The notes: generated from the sequence alone by a model not told the origin. A stretch of 64,000 nt of DNA from Scyliorhinus canicula (GCF_902713615.1 NC_052158.1:18906546-18970545), one strand, 5' to 3'. Positions 13,060-26,089 are shown, counted from the first letter of the stretch. Translations and numbers: made by a program.

Positions 13060-14000
13060 TATATCCATGATTCGTTTGAAAATGCATTTGCACAAGCAGG
13101 CAAGCAATCCTATCCCTAGTAGCATTAGTAGAAGTAGAATAAAGGCCTTAAAAATCGAGTCAAATAATCCATGACCCAACCACCCTAGCCCACCCTAGGT
13201 GGGTTATAGTCGTGAAATTCACTGCCAATTTCTTGAATTTGAGCAGCCTGTTTCTTAATATGGTCGGCCAGGTTAGTGATATTTTCAGAGCCATCTGGAA
13301 TGTAAGTACAGCACTCTTGGCCTATGATAGCGCACGTTCCTCCCTGTGAGGCTAACAGATAACCCAAAGCCAGTCGATTTTGTAATGCCACGGTCCGGAC
13401 AGCCACTAGCTCAGCTGAGACCTCGGCCAGTGCCTGTCCAATGTCCCTGGCTTCTGTTGCCGTTGCGTTTGCCAGATGTTCCAATGCTGAGGCATGTAGA
13501 TCAGTTTGTTGGATGCCTTGCCTCTTCCGTACAAGGGAAAGGCCATCATAAGGAACTGTTCCGTTTTAGAAATTGTTCTTTTTGCTCACGAGGGGGAGTG
13601 CTTAAGGGTGGGTAGGTGACGCATTTGGGGTACGACGTATCCCAAAAAGCAGGATCCTGTCCAATCAATGGGGAGCCACGGATATGCTTTAGTGCCGCAT
13701 ATGAAATGGGTTCCATTGTAGGCTGTAAAATCATCAGCTGATGTCAACCAGGGGATTATATTGGTAGGTTGCACCTACTTTGCCCCATTAACTTTCCATT
13801 CCCTGATTTATTAAAACATATGGAACCTTGAACATTATACGAGTGGACAGTGAGGGAGGGTGGAGTTAGGGCATGATTATAGGTAGGTTGATACAAAGCT
13901 GAAAATTTATTCATGTCATAGCCAACAGATCTCCATATTTTCATATTCCCCCATCTCCCCTGATGCCTGTTTGATTTTGTCGTAAAATCCATTCAACTGT
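13060..14000 (-). pseudogene. env: env remnant (SU C-terminus plus TM)
   Basis: Furin site with CGA->TGA (S*AKR), fusion-peptide region, ISD VALQNRLALGYLLASQGGTC, CX6CC (CAIIGQECC) and a hydrophobic anchor ILLLLMLLGIGLLACLC. Confidence 0.9.
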
Positions 14001-14225
14001 CTCTGCGGTATGAAAGGGGAGAAGTTGGAGAGGTATTCCTTCCCTTGAATGGACGGGGATGTGGGTACAAACCCAACACTTGCTAATATTCAATTTTTCG
14101 GCGTAAAGATATGACATATGTAAATAGGTATTGGAAGGCAGGTCTCGTTTAGTTCGTTTTTTTTACTACCGAGTGGCCATTAAGGCTAAGTAGTCCAGAA
14201 AGTCCAAAAATTATACTGAAGATCT

Positions 14226-17200
14226 TCATCCTGTGTTCTCATCTGGATTGGAGACTATCTTCTTGCAGTCGGATAGATGTATCCAACTGGAACGTTCTTC
14301 AAGTTTGACCGAAGTTGGCGTCGTCAGTAGTACGAGGAAGGGTCCGCTCCAGCATTGTCCTTGTTTCTTTCTGTCCCAGTTTTTCACCAACACGTGGTCT
14401 CCGGGTTTGACCACTGGATATCGAGGGACGGCTGTCCCTGTCATTACTGGTAGATGTACCTGTTTTACCTGTGAGTGGAGAAACTTCAAAGAAAGTGTTA
14501 ATTGCTTCAAATAGTTCTGCATTTGTTCCCCCATCACATGGAGGTCTACTCCCTCTAGGGGTTTTTCATGGGCATCCCAGGGAGTCCTCATTGGCCGACC
14601 ATAGACTATCTCTGCAGCTGACAGTCCGGTCCGCGAATGGGTAGTCATCGCATGTGAAACAGTGCCAAGGGTAATACTTTTAGCCAATTTAACCCAGTTT
14701 CTTCAGTTAATTTAGATAATTTTTCTTTTAAAGTCCCGTTGGCTCTTTCCACGATTCCTTCTGCCTGCGGGTGATACGCGCAGTACAGTTGCTGTTTAAT
14801 TGCGAGTGCTTTGCACAATTCAGTATTGATCCGAGCTACAAAATGTGGTCCATTGTCTGAGCTAACCATTTTGGGTACCCCAAAACGAGGAATGACTTCC
14901 GTTAACACCAACTTCACTACTGTATGTGCCGTACAATTAGTTGTGGGGAAGGCTTCAATCCATTTACTAAACACATTGATTATTACTAAACAATATTTAT
15001 AACACTGTGCTTTTGGCAATTCAATAAAATCAAGCTGTATACAAGCAAAAGGACCATCTGGCAAGGGAGTGGTTCCTGGAGGGCATTTAATACCTTTACC
15101 CTTATTATGTTTCATGCAAATTACGCATCGATCCAGCCGCTGTATTCAAATCTGGGTGCCACCAAGTTTTTAGGAGTAGCTGTACCACTCCCTCCTTGCC
15201 TAGATGGGTACAAGAATGCAAATAATCAACAAGTACCGGCAATAAAGAATTCTGAATACAAACTTGACCAACTGGAGTCAGCCAGCGGTCTCGTGTCAAG
15301 GAGTGCGAACACCCCATTGACTTCCATAGTGTTCGCTCAGAATCAGAGGCGTCCCTCTGTAAATTTTGAACTTCAGCTATCTCTGGCATGCCTTTGTCCG
15401 CAATGGAGGTACCTGGTTTAAAGCCTGATTAGCCCCACTGGGAACAATTAAAGAGGTTGATGAGGCTGCACTTTTAGCCGCTGAATCAGCACGGGCATTT
15501 CCTAATTGAACAGGAGTGGCCACTTTCGTGTGCGCAACGCATTTAATAACTGCCAATTTACGGGGAAGCTGAATAGCATCGAGGAGATTTTTAACCCAAA
15601 GAGCATTTTGAATGGGAGTTCCCGCAGAGGTGAGAAAACCTCGCTGTTGCCAGAGGCGGCCGAAATCATGGGTCACGCCAAAGGCATACCTAGAATCAGT
15701 GTAAACATTAGTACTTTTGTCTGTGGCCAAAATACATGCTCGAGTAAGGGCGAATAGCTCGGCTTTTTGTGCAGAGACAGAGGTCTGGAAGGCTGCTGCT
15801 TGTTGCACGTCAGTGTCGGTTACCACAGCATATCCCGACTGTGGGATGCCAAATGGGGAAATGGAGGAACTGCCATCAACATAAAAAATTAGATCTGGAT
15901 TATCAATAGGCCTGTCTGTTAAATCCAGGCGAGGTGCGGAAAGGAAGTGATTCCGAAGCAAACAATCGTGTGGTGGTTAAGGTTATCGGGGGGCTATTCG
16001 AGGAACACAGCAGGATTTAAGGTTGAACAATAATGAAACGAGAGGTAGGGGTTTTGCAATAGTGAAACCTCATAGCGGCTCAATCGCGCTTGAGTCAGAT
16101 GCTGGGTTTGCTGAGACGTTAGGAGAGCCACGATAGAGTGTGAAGTATGCACTTGTACTGGTTGGTGAAGAGTCAGATTAGAGGCTGCCTGGGCTAACAA
16201 ATGGACAGCAGTAAGAATTTGGGTGCAGGGAGGTAGATTGCAAGCTACAGGATCTAATTTGGTAGAATAGTAGGCGACCGGGCGACGCCGGTCACCGTGC
16301 TCTTGTGTCAGAACACCAGTGGCACATTGATCAAGAACATTAATGTACAACTGAAAGGGTCTGTCATACATAGGTCGTCCTAGTGCTGGGGCGGTAGCCA
16401 GGGCATGTTTCAGAATAATGAAAGATTGCTTTGCTGAATCGGGTAGTTCAAACTTAAGAGGAGCATTTTGAAAGGAGTACGGAGTTAATTCTTTAGTATG
16501 GACAGTAACATTCGGAATCCATTGTCTGCAAAAGTTGACTAATCCTAAAAAGGCTCGCACCTGCTTGGGCGATGTAGGAAATGGGGTCTGCAATATAGGA
16601 GTAATGCGTTCCTGAGTAAGGGAGCGATCAGTATCACTTATTAGGACACCCAAAAATTTGACTTGTCGTTGGCCTTTATGAACTTTAGCGGGTGGGATCA
16701 CATATCCCCATGAATGGAGACGGATGAGCAGGAAAACAGTGTCACGCTGGTTAGCGATGAAGTCAGGGCTGGCAAGGAGTTAGTCATCAACATATTGAAT
16801 GATGGTGGAGCCACCAGGAGGTGCTAATGTCGCTAACTGGGAGTGCAATGCCTGTGAGAAAAGGGTTGGACTTCCATTAAGGAAATGATCAGCTTGTCCT
16901 CGTAGTGCAGCTGCCAGAAATCCCAAGGACTTGGCACTGTAGCCTTCATTGACAGAAAGGGTCACGCGGGGTGACACAAGTCTCGACTGACACCATAGGC
17001 TGTGGGGTAAATCGACAAGAAAGGTAGACCCTTTTTTTGTCTTGGTAAATGCTCTCCAAATCGGGCAAGCATCCTGTATGATCGTAGCAAAGAGTGACAT
17101 GTGGATTGGGAATATCTAAGGGAGGTAAAAAGTGTGAGGGATCAAAATCAATCGGCCACCACTGTGGAGTAGTGAATACAGGAAAATTTCGAAGCTGGGC

Positions 17201-17310
17201 CTGCGGGATAGGTGATATGGTAATGCCGTTATCAAGGCTTGGGCAACTATATTCTCTCATCTGGACTCTATCGGGTGTTTTAATAGCTGTGCCCGTGTCA
17301 TTTAATCTTT
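14226..17310 (-). pseudogene. pol: pol remnant (possible PR, 2H-like segment, partial RT, tether, RNase H, integrase)
   Basis: QYVDD*, RPVAYYS, FYVDGSS...SAQKAEL...YTDSRY, QLDFIEL...SDNGPHF...GIVERAN and WSGPFLVLL, with stops and frameshifts. Confidence 0.95.
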
Positions 17311-17574
17311 TGTAAGACTTCCTGCAGATTTTAGATTTTTATTTTTTTAAACAGTGGTACTCAGGGTTAACGTTAGCTGCCAGCATAGAACAGAGAGCAA
17401 TCAGGCGCTGGCTCAGAAGTTATTAAATTCTGCAGCTGGTGACCTCGTATTTGAGACAGTTCTATAAACATTCCATTATCAATGCACTTGTATTACCGCT
17501 CCGAATTTGCAGTGTCTCTCTGCCTAATAAGGTTAGGTGTCACTAGTTGAGGTGCATCCTCAACTAGCTCATCT

Positions 17575-17760
17575 GGGGCTGATTTAGCTCACCAGGCTAA
17601 ATCGCTGGCTTTTAAAGCAGACCAAGCAGGCCAGCAGCACGGTTCGATTCCCGTATCAGCCTCCCCGGACAGGCGCCGGAATGTGGCGACTAGGGGCTTT
17701 TCACAGTAACTTCATTGAAGCCTACTCGTGACAATAAGCGATTTTCATTTCATTCATTTC
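17575..17760 (+). mobile_element. Short tRNA-derived SINE (GGGGCTG...TTAGCTCA head) inserted in the ERV
   Basis: Same family as 30985-31150 and 46825-47005; ends in (TTTCA)n. Confidence 0.85.
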
Positions 17761-18369
17761 ATCCTTCCTGGGAGAGGGCTATGAGTAGTCAATTTTCAAT
17801 GTTTGCTATTTAACCAGTTTTTTTTTAAAGAGAAATTACTGGATGTTTATTATTATTTTTTCTATTTCAAATGAACTGAACCACCACCGAGCCTATCTGG
17901 AGGGCCTGAAACGATCTGAAGTTATTTTAGACAAGAATCCATTGTTAAATTCATAACCGTAATCTTGTATTGACTTTGCTTCCCTTTTTTCATTTTGGGA
18001 GATTTGTCATCCTCAGATATTCCTGAACAAAAACTAAAGGAGTGCTTTAGCCCCTTTCTGATCAAGGTGGATAGCCTAACTTGATTCTTTTCCCATATGC
18101 GCATTCCGTTTTCAAGACCTGTCAATTCTATACCCAATTTTAATTCTTTATCTTGGCAGCTGGCTAACAAGGAGGCATCCTTCAATTTTGGACAATATTC
18201 CCTCCATAGAGCAACTAACTTTTTAGCAGTTGACCCCCTATTATTTCCCCAAATCACTTGTTGAGCTTCTATTACTGTTGATAGGTCTTTAGTTCCCCCC
18301 AGTATTGTTCACACAGCGTTTGCAGTACGCTGCCATTTTCAAAAGTTGTATCTAAAGTTTTACCCATTG

Positions 18370-20127
18370 CACCCCTTGTCTGATGCCAGATGGTCCTTCC
18401 GATTACAATTTTAACAATTGATTAAGGAAATGTGATGTTTTATGTCAGGGTCCGCACGCTTTTTGCCCTGTTTGTGTTATTAAGCAGAGTTATCCGCATC
18501 TGCAAGAGATTATAATTTAAATCACGGAGTAATCGCGCTCCATACAAACCAATTAACAGCTCGAAGGTGACACCGTAAAGATTCTATGTCACCCGCCTTA
18601 CAAAGTTAACGGGAACCTTTTATCGCGAAGGTTTCAGGTAATAACAAGGACCATGTTGGCATCGATATCTCTTTACCTCTTTCAAATAATCACAGCATGA
18701 AACATAATTTTTAAAGTCAAAGTCTGAAAAATGAAATATGAATTCTCTCCCTTATCTATCTCTCTCCCTCTCTACGTAACTCTGTCTGTCTTTGGAACTC
18801 TTGTTGCTCTTTCTCTTTATCTGCCTACCTCTCCATCTCTGCCTCTCCCTGACTCGCTCTCTTTCGCTCTCTCAACTTCGCTGTCTCTAACAGTTCCTGT
18901 CTCTATCCTTGGCTCTCTCTCTCCTTCAATCTCTTCCTCTGTCTCTCTTTCTATCTCTTGGATTCAGCCCGTGTCCTTGGGGACAAATTTTGAACAAAAA
19001 CATTTCATTCTCCTTCGAAAACTTTATCTGTGTTATTCCATTTAAGTCAATTTGCACTGATTAATTTTAGAGGCATTAGCTATTCTTAGAGACATATTTC
19101 TTCTTTGTCAATTCAAAAAAGACCAACTGTCTGCTGAAATGGTTAATGTTTCCTACAGAATCTAAGGGGCGGAGAACGTGGCGTGATGCCATTTACGTCT
19201 TTTCACGCAATCTAAAAACTTATTCATATTTCAATTACTCTTATTTGTAAAGTTACTTTCTTTTAAACTGATATAGTGTGAACTGAACAATTTTGAAAAG
19301 CTTGGGAACATCTGCAAGAGGAATTATGAATGTTTTGCCATTAGTTTAAAAACAATTCGAGTACGCATTTTGTTGTCCTTTAGAAGAACCACTTGTTATC
19401 ATAATAAGGCCAGTACAACATTCCAAGCAGTAGTCAGTTTACATCATCTGATCTACTAAATTTCGTTCAAAAGCAATGTTAAACTTTAGTCATTATTGCC
19501 AGCATGCTTCTAAATTGGTAACTCATTAACTTTACTTCCATAATTCTCTTATTGTTGATCATTTAATCAACACCTTTTAGTCAATTATCATGTCTTCCGT
19601 AGAGAAGGGTTGTTCGATATTTACGGCTTGCGTCTGTGACCGAGTGCGTGTCGCTAAGGGGGACACGTTAGCAGGAGTTTCATTGGTAATGGGATCAGAA
19701 GGGGGAGTCACGACTTGGGACAGTAGAATTGAAGGATCGGGGAGGATGAGGGTGGGGTCCAGGGTTCAAATCCTCCTCGTCTTCCATATCGCCTGAATAT
19801 GGGAACATCGGCATGCCAGAGCAACTGGGAGGATCCTCCTTTCCTATAATCTTACGAGCTAGCCCTAATTTCCTACTGGCAGGAGGTTTGTTATTGCCAG
19901 ATTGCTTTTTATCATTTTGGCTGTTTTCTATCCCAAAGCTCACATTACAATTTTAAAGTCTCCCAATCTTTCGCTTTACCGTTCACACACACATTAATCC
20001 CTGTTTGCGGGTGTTATCTCTCAAACTCATTAATAGTGATTGTTCGTTGCGTTAAGTGGACTATTTTTTTCTAAACACATGAAAATAGAGGGGAATTGCC
20101 CCTAGCTTTGTCTAAAGTTTGTCGCAT
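18370..20127 (-). pseudogene. gag: Heavily degraded gag
   Basis: ATGCGACAAACTTTAGAC start (M[R/G]QTLDK), Pro-rich segment with SPLATRTRSQ, an E/R/K-rich charged segment (18.73-18.96 kb) and a decayed zinc knuckle C*NCNRKDHLASDKGC near 18370-18416. Confidence 0.55.
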
Positions 20128-20587
20128 AATGTCAGTAAAAATGTGCCCCTGGCAAAAAAAATGCTCAAAAACAATTTCTGGTACCAAATCAAATTGGAGG
20201 GTCCTTGACCCCAAAAAAATTACTGACAGGGACCCTGACCCAAAAAACTTAATCAAAGGTTCCTGACCCAAAACTTAATCAAAGGGTCCCTGACCCAAAT
20301 TTATTGACAGCCTGTATAAACCTGATCCGGATAGAAAATGAGATCAGCAAGGTCCCTGACCTGCGGCTAATCACACAAAAAAAATGTACTCACAGTCAAA
20401 TTTAGATTTGAGAACCGTCACCTGTTTAGTTACTTCCATCAGGGATGAGGGGTCGCAGCACAGATCCGAGAGAGAGAGAGAGACCAAGGTCAATCATACC
20501 TTGTGCCGGCGTCTGTCTCTGTACTCCCGTCGTGGCCTTGATCACTTTTTCTCAGTCCCTCACAGAAGATCACTTCAGGATATTGAA

Positions 20588-20605
20588 TTTTTTCTCGCAG
20601 CACCA
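20588..20605 (-). promoter_or_regulatory. Primer-binding site, degenerate, best resembling tRNA-His
   Basis: TGGTGCTGCGAG directly after the 5' LTR, compared with the tRNA-His complement TGGTGCCGTGAC. Confidence 0.6.
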
Positions 20606-20607
20606 AA

Positions 20608-21205
20608 TGTCGTAGTCAATATTTTCCCCGTGTCTGTCTGTGATAGAGAAATTCAAACAGCATTCATTAGGTAAGCAAAACTGAACTTTATTAACGAATT
20701 AGAACTGCTAGCAGTAATGGCTGAGACTTGAAGTCGGAAGGCAGTCAAGTACAAACTGCTGAGTCCGTCCCAAGTTTGCGATATTACAGAAGAATAAGAC
20801 GATGTTTATACATTATAGGATCAAGATAACATGAATACAGCTTGGTCAGGAATTTGATCGAAAGTAAAACATAAGTCATAATCATTACAATGGCGTCACC
20901 TTGCTGACCTTTAGGGGACTGGGGTCTCATATCATTATCTTGTCTTTGTTTTAAGAAATGGGCAAATTTGTTTACGTACAGGAAGAGACAGTTTTTTTTA
21001 GCTTGGTATGTATTGAGACTGCTCTAGTCTCATGACGAACACGTCTTATCCTAGAGTTTTAGAGTCACCCAGTTCTCGGGTCAAGTTGACCTTGGCCTGC
21101 TAGTATTTGTGCCTTAGGTTATGCGAAGTCAGTTTAAATTTAATTGTACCAAGAAACTTGACTGGTTTTCCCAACATGCCATTATTTGCTTCACACAATA
21201 CAACA
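20608..21205 (-). repeat. 5' LTR of the class I ERV
   Basis: Direct repeat of 12423-13019. Confidence 0.95.
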
Positions 21206-21349
21206 CTGGAGCTGTGTAGCGATTGTGCTATCCACAATGCTGCCATTGGATTGGCCATGCTAAATTGATGGGGTTACGGGAATAGGTTGGGGGATTGGAC
21301 CTAGGTAGGGTTCTCTTTCAGAGGGTCAGTACAGTTGATAGGCCGAATT

Positions 21350-22526
21350 TCCGATTTCCGATTGCCGAATAGACTAACTGGTATATAGTTTCCTGCTTTC
21401 TAACTCTCTTCTTTCTTGAATAGACGTGTGGCATTTGTGGTTTTTCAATCCACTGGAATATTTCCAGAATCTGGGGAATTTTGAATGATTAGGATCAATG
21501 TATCCATTGTCTCTCCACCCATTTTGTTTAAGACCCTAGGATGCAGGCCACCAGGATTTGTAAGTCTTTATCCCATTAATTTCCTAACACTTTTTCTCTC
21601 ATGATCATGATTGTTTTAAATTCATCCCCTGATTTAGCTGTCAGCATTTCTAATATTCTTGTGATGCATTCTGTATCTTCGATGGTGAAAGCAGATATAA
21701 AATAATTGTTCAACCTCTCCGCCATTTCCTTCTTTTCCATTCTTAATTTATAGTCTACTCTCTAAGGAATCAATGCTCATTTTAGCTACTCTTTTCTCTT
21801 TTATATACTTATCAAAGCTTTCACTGTCTGCTTTTATCCTTCTTGCTAGTTTTCTCTCATACTTCAATTTCTCCCTGTTAATTATTCATTGTTTGTAAAA
21901 TGTTCCCAATCTTCTGTGCTATTGCTAATCTTGGCTTTGGCAGCATTGTACATCTTTTCTTTCAATTTAATGCTATCATTAATTTCCTTAGTTAGCCATG
22001 GATGGTGTATTTTTCTTATGGAACCTATCTTCCTCAATGGAATGTATCTTTGTTGAGAAATATCTTAAATATCTGCCACTGCTTCTCTCATGTCTCACCT
22101 TTTACCTTATTTTCTTATTTTACTGCTGTCAACTCTGGCTTCTTACCCATATAATCACCTTTATTTAAGGTTAAGTCACTAGCTTCAGACCCAAATTTCT
22201 CATCCTCAAACTGTGAAATTCAAACATGTTATGATCACTCTTACTGAGAGGATCCTCTACTATCAGAATATTAATTAATCTTGTCTCATTACATATAAAA
22301 AATTCTAAAATATCATGCTCCTGGTTGGCTCCAAAATGCATTGTTCAAAGAATCTGTCCCAAATGCAATACAAAGTCATCCTCCAGGCTACATTTGCCAA
22401 TTTGATTCATCCAAACTATATGAGAATTAAGATCATCCATAATTTTGACACACTTTTTTTAAAAGGCCCCCATTATTTCTTGAGTTATACTCTGTCATAC
22501 AACATTAAAGGGCCGATAGACCACTT
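21350..22526 (-). mobile_element. Old degraded CR1 fragment, continuing at ~24290-24500
   Basis: Reverse complement resembles CR1 ORF2 sequence; no open frame. Confidence 0.55.
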
Positions 22527-24273
22527 TTTAAAAAAAAAAAATTTTTTATATTCTCCTTTTTCACATTTTCACCCAACAATAAACAATAACGAGTGCAATA
22601 TGAATCCCCATTTCAATAACACCGATCCCATCCTCCCACCAAACCCCAGACATTGGCCCGCATGTTAACATAAACAAATAACAAAAAGTAATCAGGAATC
22701 ACCCATAGTCACCATTAACACATACACTCCCCTTCCCCCCAACCCCCCTAATGGTCGATGTGATCCAATTCTCGAAAGTGCACAATGAATAACGCCCGTG
22801 AATTGTAAAATCCCTCCATCCTTCCCCTCAGTTCAAATTTGACCTTTTCAAGCGTTAAGAATTCCAGCAGGTCCCCCCGACACGCCAGGGTACAGGGTGG
22901 AGAGGTTGATCTCCACTCTAACAGGATCTGCCTTCTGGCGATTAAAGAGGCAAAGGCTACAACATCTGCCTCTGTCCCGTTTCCAACCCCGGCTCGTCCG
23001 ATGCCCCGAATATGGCCTCCCGGGGACCCGGGTCCAGTTTCACGTGCACCACTTTAGAAATTACCCTAAAAACCTCCTTCCAGTAATCCTCCAGCTTTGG
23101 ACAGGACCAAAACATTGAACGTGATTTGCGGGGTCTCCCCCTCAACGTTCACATACATCTTCTACCCCCTCAAAGAGCCGGCTCATCCTCGCCCTTGTCA
23201 GGTGCGCTCAATATACAACCTTCAGCTGTATCAGCTCCGACCTCGCACATGAGGTGGAGGCGTTCACCCTCCCGAGCACCTCACACCAGAACCCCTCCTC
23301 CATACCCTCTCCCAATTCTTCCTCCCACTTTCCCTTGATCCCTTCTAGTGGTGCTTTATCCTCTTCCAAAATAGCCCCATAAACCACTGTTACTACTCTC
23401 TTCTCCAGTCCCCCTGCCGTCAGCGCCTCTTCCAGCAATGTGGAAGCCAGCTCTACTGGGAAGCTCTGTATCTCCTTTCTTGCAAAGTCTCGAACCTGCA
23501 TGTATCTAAATATTTCCCCCTGCTCCAGCCCATACTTCGCTCCCAGCTCCTTCATACCGCAAAACAACCCCCAAGAAATAAATCTTTTAGTGTCCTAATT
23601 CTTTTCTCCTCCCATCTCCGAAAATTTCCATCCCACTTCCTTGACTCAAATCTATGGTTCCCCCGAATCAGCATTTCTCTTGACCCTGCCCCCAACCCGA
23701 AGTGCTGTTGAAACTGCCTCCAAGCTCTCAACGGACTCCCTGATATCTCCCCGGGGCTGTTGGGAGAGGCGCTGTTGCTAGCACCTTCATTCCCGACCCC
23801 CTACCCAAATTCTCGTCCATTCTGACCATTAGGGGTCAACCTCTCTGACCCAGATCCATACCGTCGCCACATTCACCGGCCAGTAATAATACATCCGGTT
23901 TGGAAGACCCAAACCCCTGCCTGTCTTCCTCTCTGTAGTAGCACCTTTTTAATTCTGGCCTCCTTCCCTCTCCATATAAACGAGGTAATCATCCCTTCAA
24001 TCTCTCTAAAAAATGCCTTTGCCAGAAAAATCAGCAGGCATTGAAAAATAAACAGGAATTGCGGCAGCACATTCATTTTAACTGCCTGTACCCGACCCGC
24101 CAGCAACAGAGGGAGACCATCCCACCTTGCCAGATCAGCTTTCACCCTTCCCACCAAACTAGAAATGTTGTACCTATGGAGCTCCCCCCCCCCCATCTCA
24201 AGCAACCTACACCCCCAGGTATCTAAAGTGAGTCCCTTACAGAATGGCAGCCCCTCCCCCCTCCCCCAACCCC
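22527..24273 (-). mobile_element. 5'-truncated L1-like LINE with 17-bp TSD
   Basis: RVQAVKMNVLPQFLFIFQ and HMFWSCPKLEDYW. TSD GGGCC(G/A)ATAGACCACTT at 22510-22526 and 24274-24290. Confidence 0.9.
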
Positions 24274-24974
24274 GGGCCAATAGACCACTTAAGCAATGAT
24301 TTATTTCCTTTGTTATTTATTTTCCCCATCCAAACTAATTATACATCTTGATCCTCCAAATGCAGATCAATTAACCGCATTGTACAAATCTTATTCTTTA
24401 CTAACTGGCACCCAACCTCCTTTTCCTGCTTTTCCCATCCTTCTGTGGTCAAATATTCAGCATTTAGAATGCAAGTATTCATTTCCCAGCCATTGTCACT
24501 TTGCATAATGCGGTGATAATGGGACTGTTAAATAATCATAGAAATCTACCTCTATCAATTAGTCTGTAACACACCCAGAAATGACACAATAAAAATACAA
24601 ATATATGCTCTAGGGGGCGTGTCCTTACTTGTTTTAACTCTCCCATGCTCACTGGACTTATCCTGGACAGTGTGCTCTGGTGTGTGCCTGCTTCAGCTGG
24701 GATCGCTAGTCCTGGCTGAACTTGGGTGGGAAACATCAGGAGCGTCTCAATGAGCCCAGCAGTGCTGCTGAACAGAAGGTCTGGATCAATAATTGTTTTC
24801 AGCTTTGGTAAGGCTAATAATGGAGGAACGGCTGATCATTTTGTGAAGAAATGACAGGTCCCTTTACACAGCAACTTGCAGGATTTTGTTTGAGTGCATC
24901 AATTATGGAGAGCACCATTAATGCACCAATATTTTGCCAGCAGGTTCTGGCCCAACTGAACTGTATTATCATTA

Positions 24975-25145
24975 CGCTTGGTGCCTCACGACGCCGCAGA
25001 CCCGGGTTCAATTCTGGCCCCGGGTCACTGTCCGTGTGGAGTTTGCACATTCTCCCCTTGTCTGCGTGGGTTTCACCCCCACTACCCAAAGATGTGCAGG
25101 CTAGGTGGATTGGACACGCTAAATTGTCCCTTAATTGGAAAAAAA
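24975..25145 (+). mobile_element. Short HE1-related SINE variant
   Basis: tRNA-like head, shortened core and an A-rich end; a related copy lies at 34215-34390. Confidence 0.75.
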
Positions 25146-26089
25146 GAAGTGGGCATTCTGAATTTTTAAAATACGTTAAGCTTGTAATATAGATGCAATG
25201 ACCACAAACAGTTATTTTTTATCAGTATCTTTCTTCTGTGCCAACGCCTTTGTCCACAAACACATATGCCTGTTACCACAATGTCTGTGACGTAGTTTTC
25301 CATTCTTCAATCTATTGTAATTAAACGTTTGGTCAACACATTTGTCATAAATGTCGATGTTTAGTGTTCCATCACAACTGTTTTACAATGTAGACGGAAA
25401 TGTTCAATGCTGCCCTGTACACTCTGCACAACCAGGACTTTGCTGCTGTAATTAAAGAACAAATGACAGTGCTCTGATATTACAATAACTATTAAGATAA
25501 GAACTGTATAGCCTGAACTTTACCCATTAATTTTAGTATACTCAAATACTGAATATCAAACATGTTTTGTAGTGATAGAGGGGTCTATAATTAGAGGGAA
25601 TAAAGCATACCTTGTTGTGAGAACTAAGATTGTCAAAAGATGTGCTGCCTACCCAGTATCATGGAGGGAGAAGGTCTAGATATCGTGATCCATGTTAAAT
25701 GACGTAGGAAAGATTAGAAACTATATCTTGGTGGAGGCTATTAAGAGTTGGGAGCTATAGTGAAAGGCCATATGCAAACTGGCAAGGGGACAAAGTGATT
25801 AGGGCAATCAGCATGGGGCCAAAGGAGTGACAGGAGAAAGAAAGGTTCCATTTCAAAGGACATTGGTGCCAGTTCTGGGTCAGAAAGGAACTTTATCATT
25901 GGGGTGGGTTGAGCCTGAACTGGTCTGAGATTAGTGTCATAATGAAAAGAGCTGTAACTAAGAATTAAAACTAAACATAGGCGAGAGAACTGCTGGAAGT
26001 TACATAAACCTGAAATAAGAGGATTAGGAAATGAGGGCAACGGTCAACCTAATAACGAAATATAGATAACATAACTGGCTAATCAGCAG

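Larger units (their letters stand above)
12423..21205 (-). mobile_element. Endogenous retrovirus, class I (gamma/epsilon-like), defective provirus
   Basis: Two ~598-bp LTRs with TG...CA ends, 4-bp TSD CTGG (12419-12422 and 21206-21209), PBS, PPT, and gag-pol-env remnants. Confidence 0.95.

Noticed and set aside
17290-17310. Confident protease call from LNDTGTAI in the class I ERV
   Set aside because: The position fits, but the flanking residues and downstream GRD motif are not recognisable; kept only as possible.
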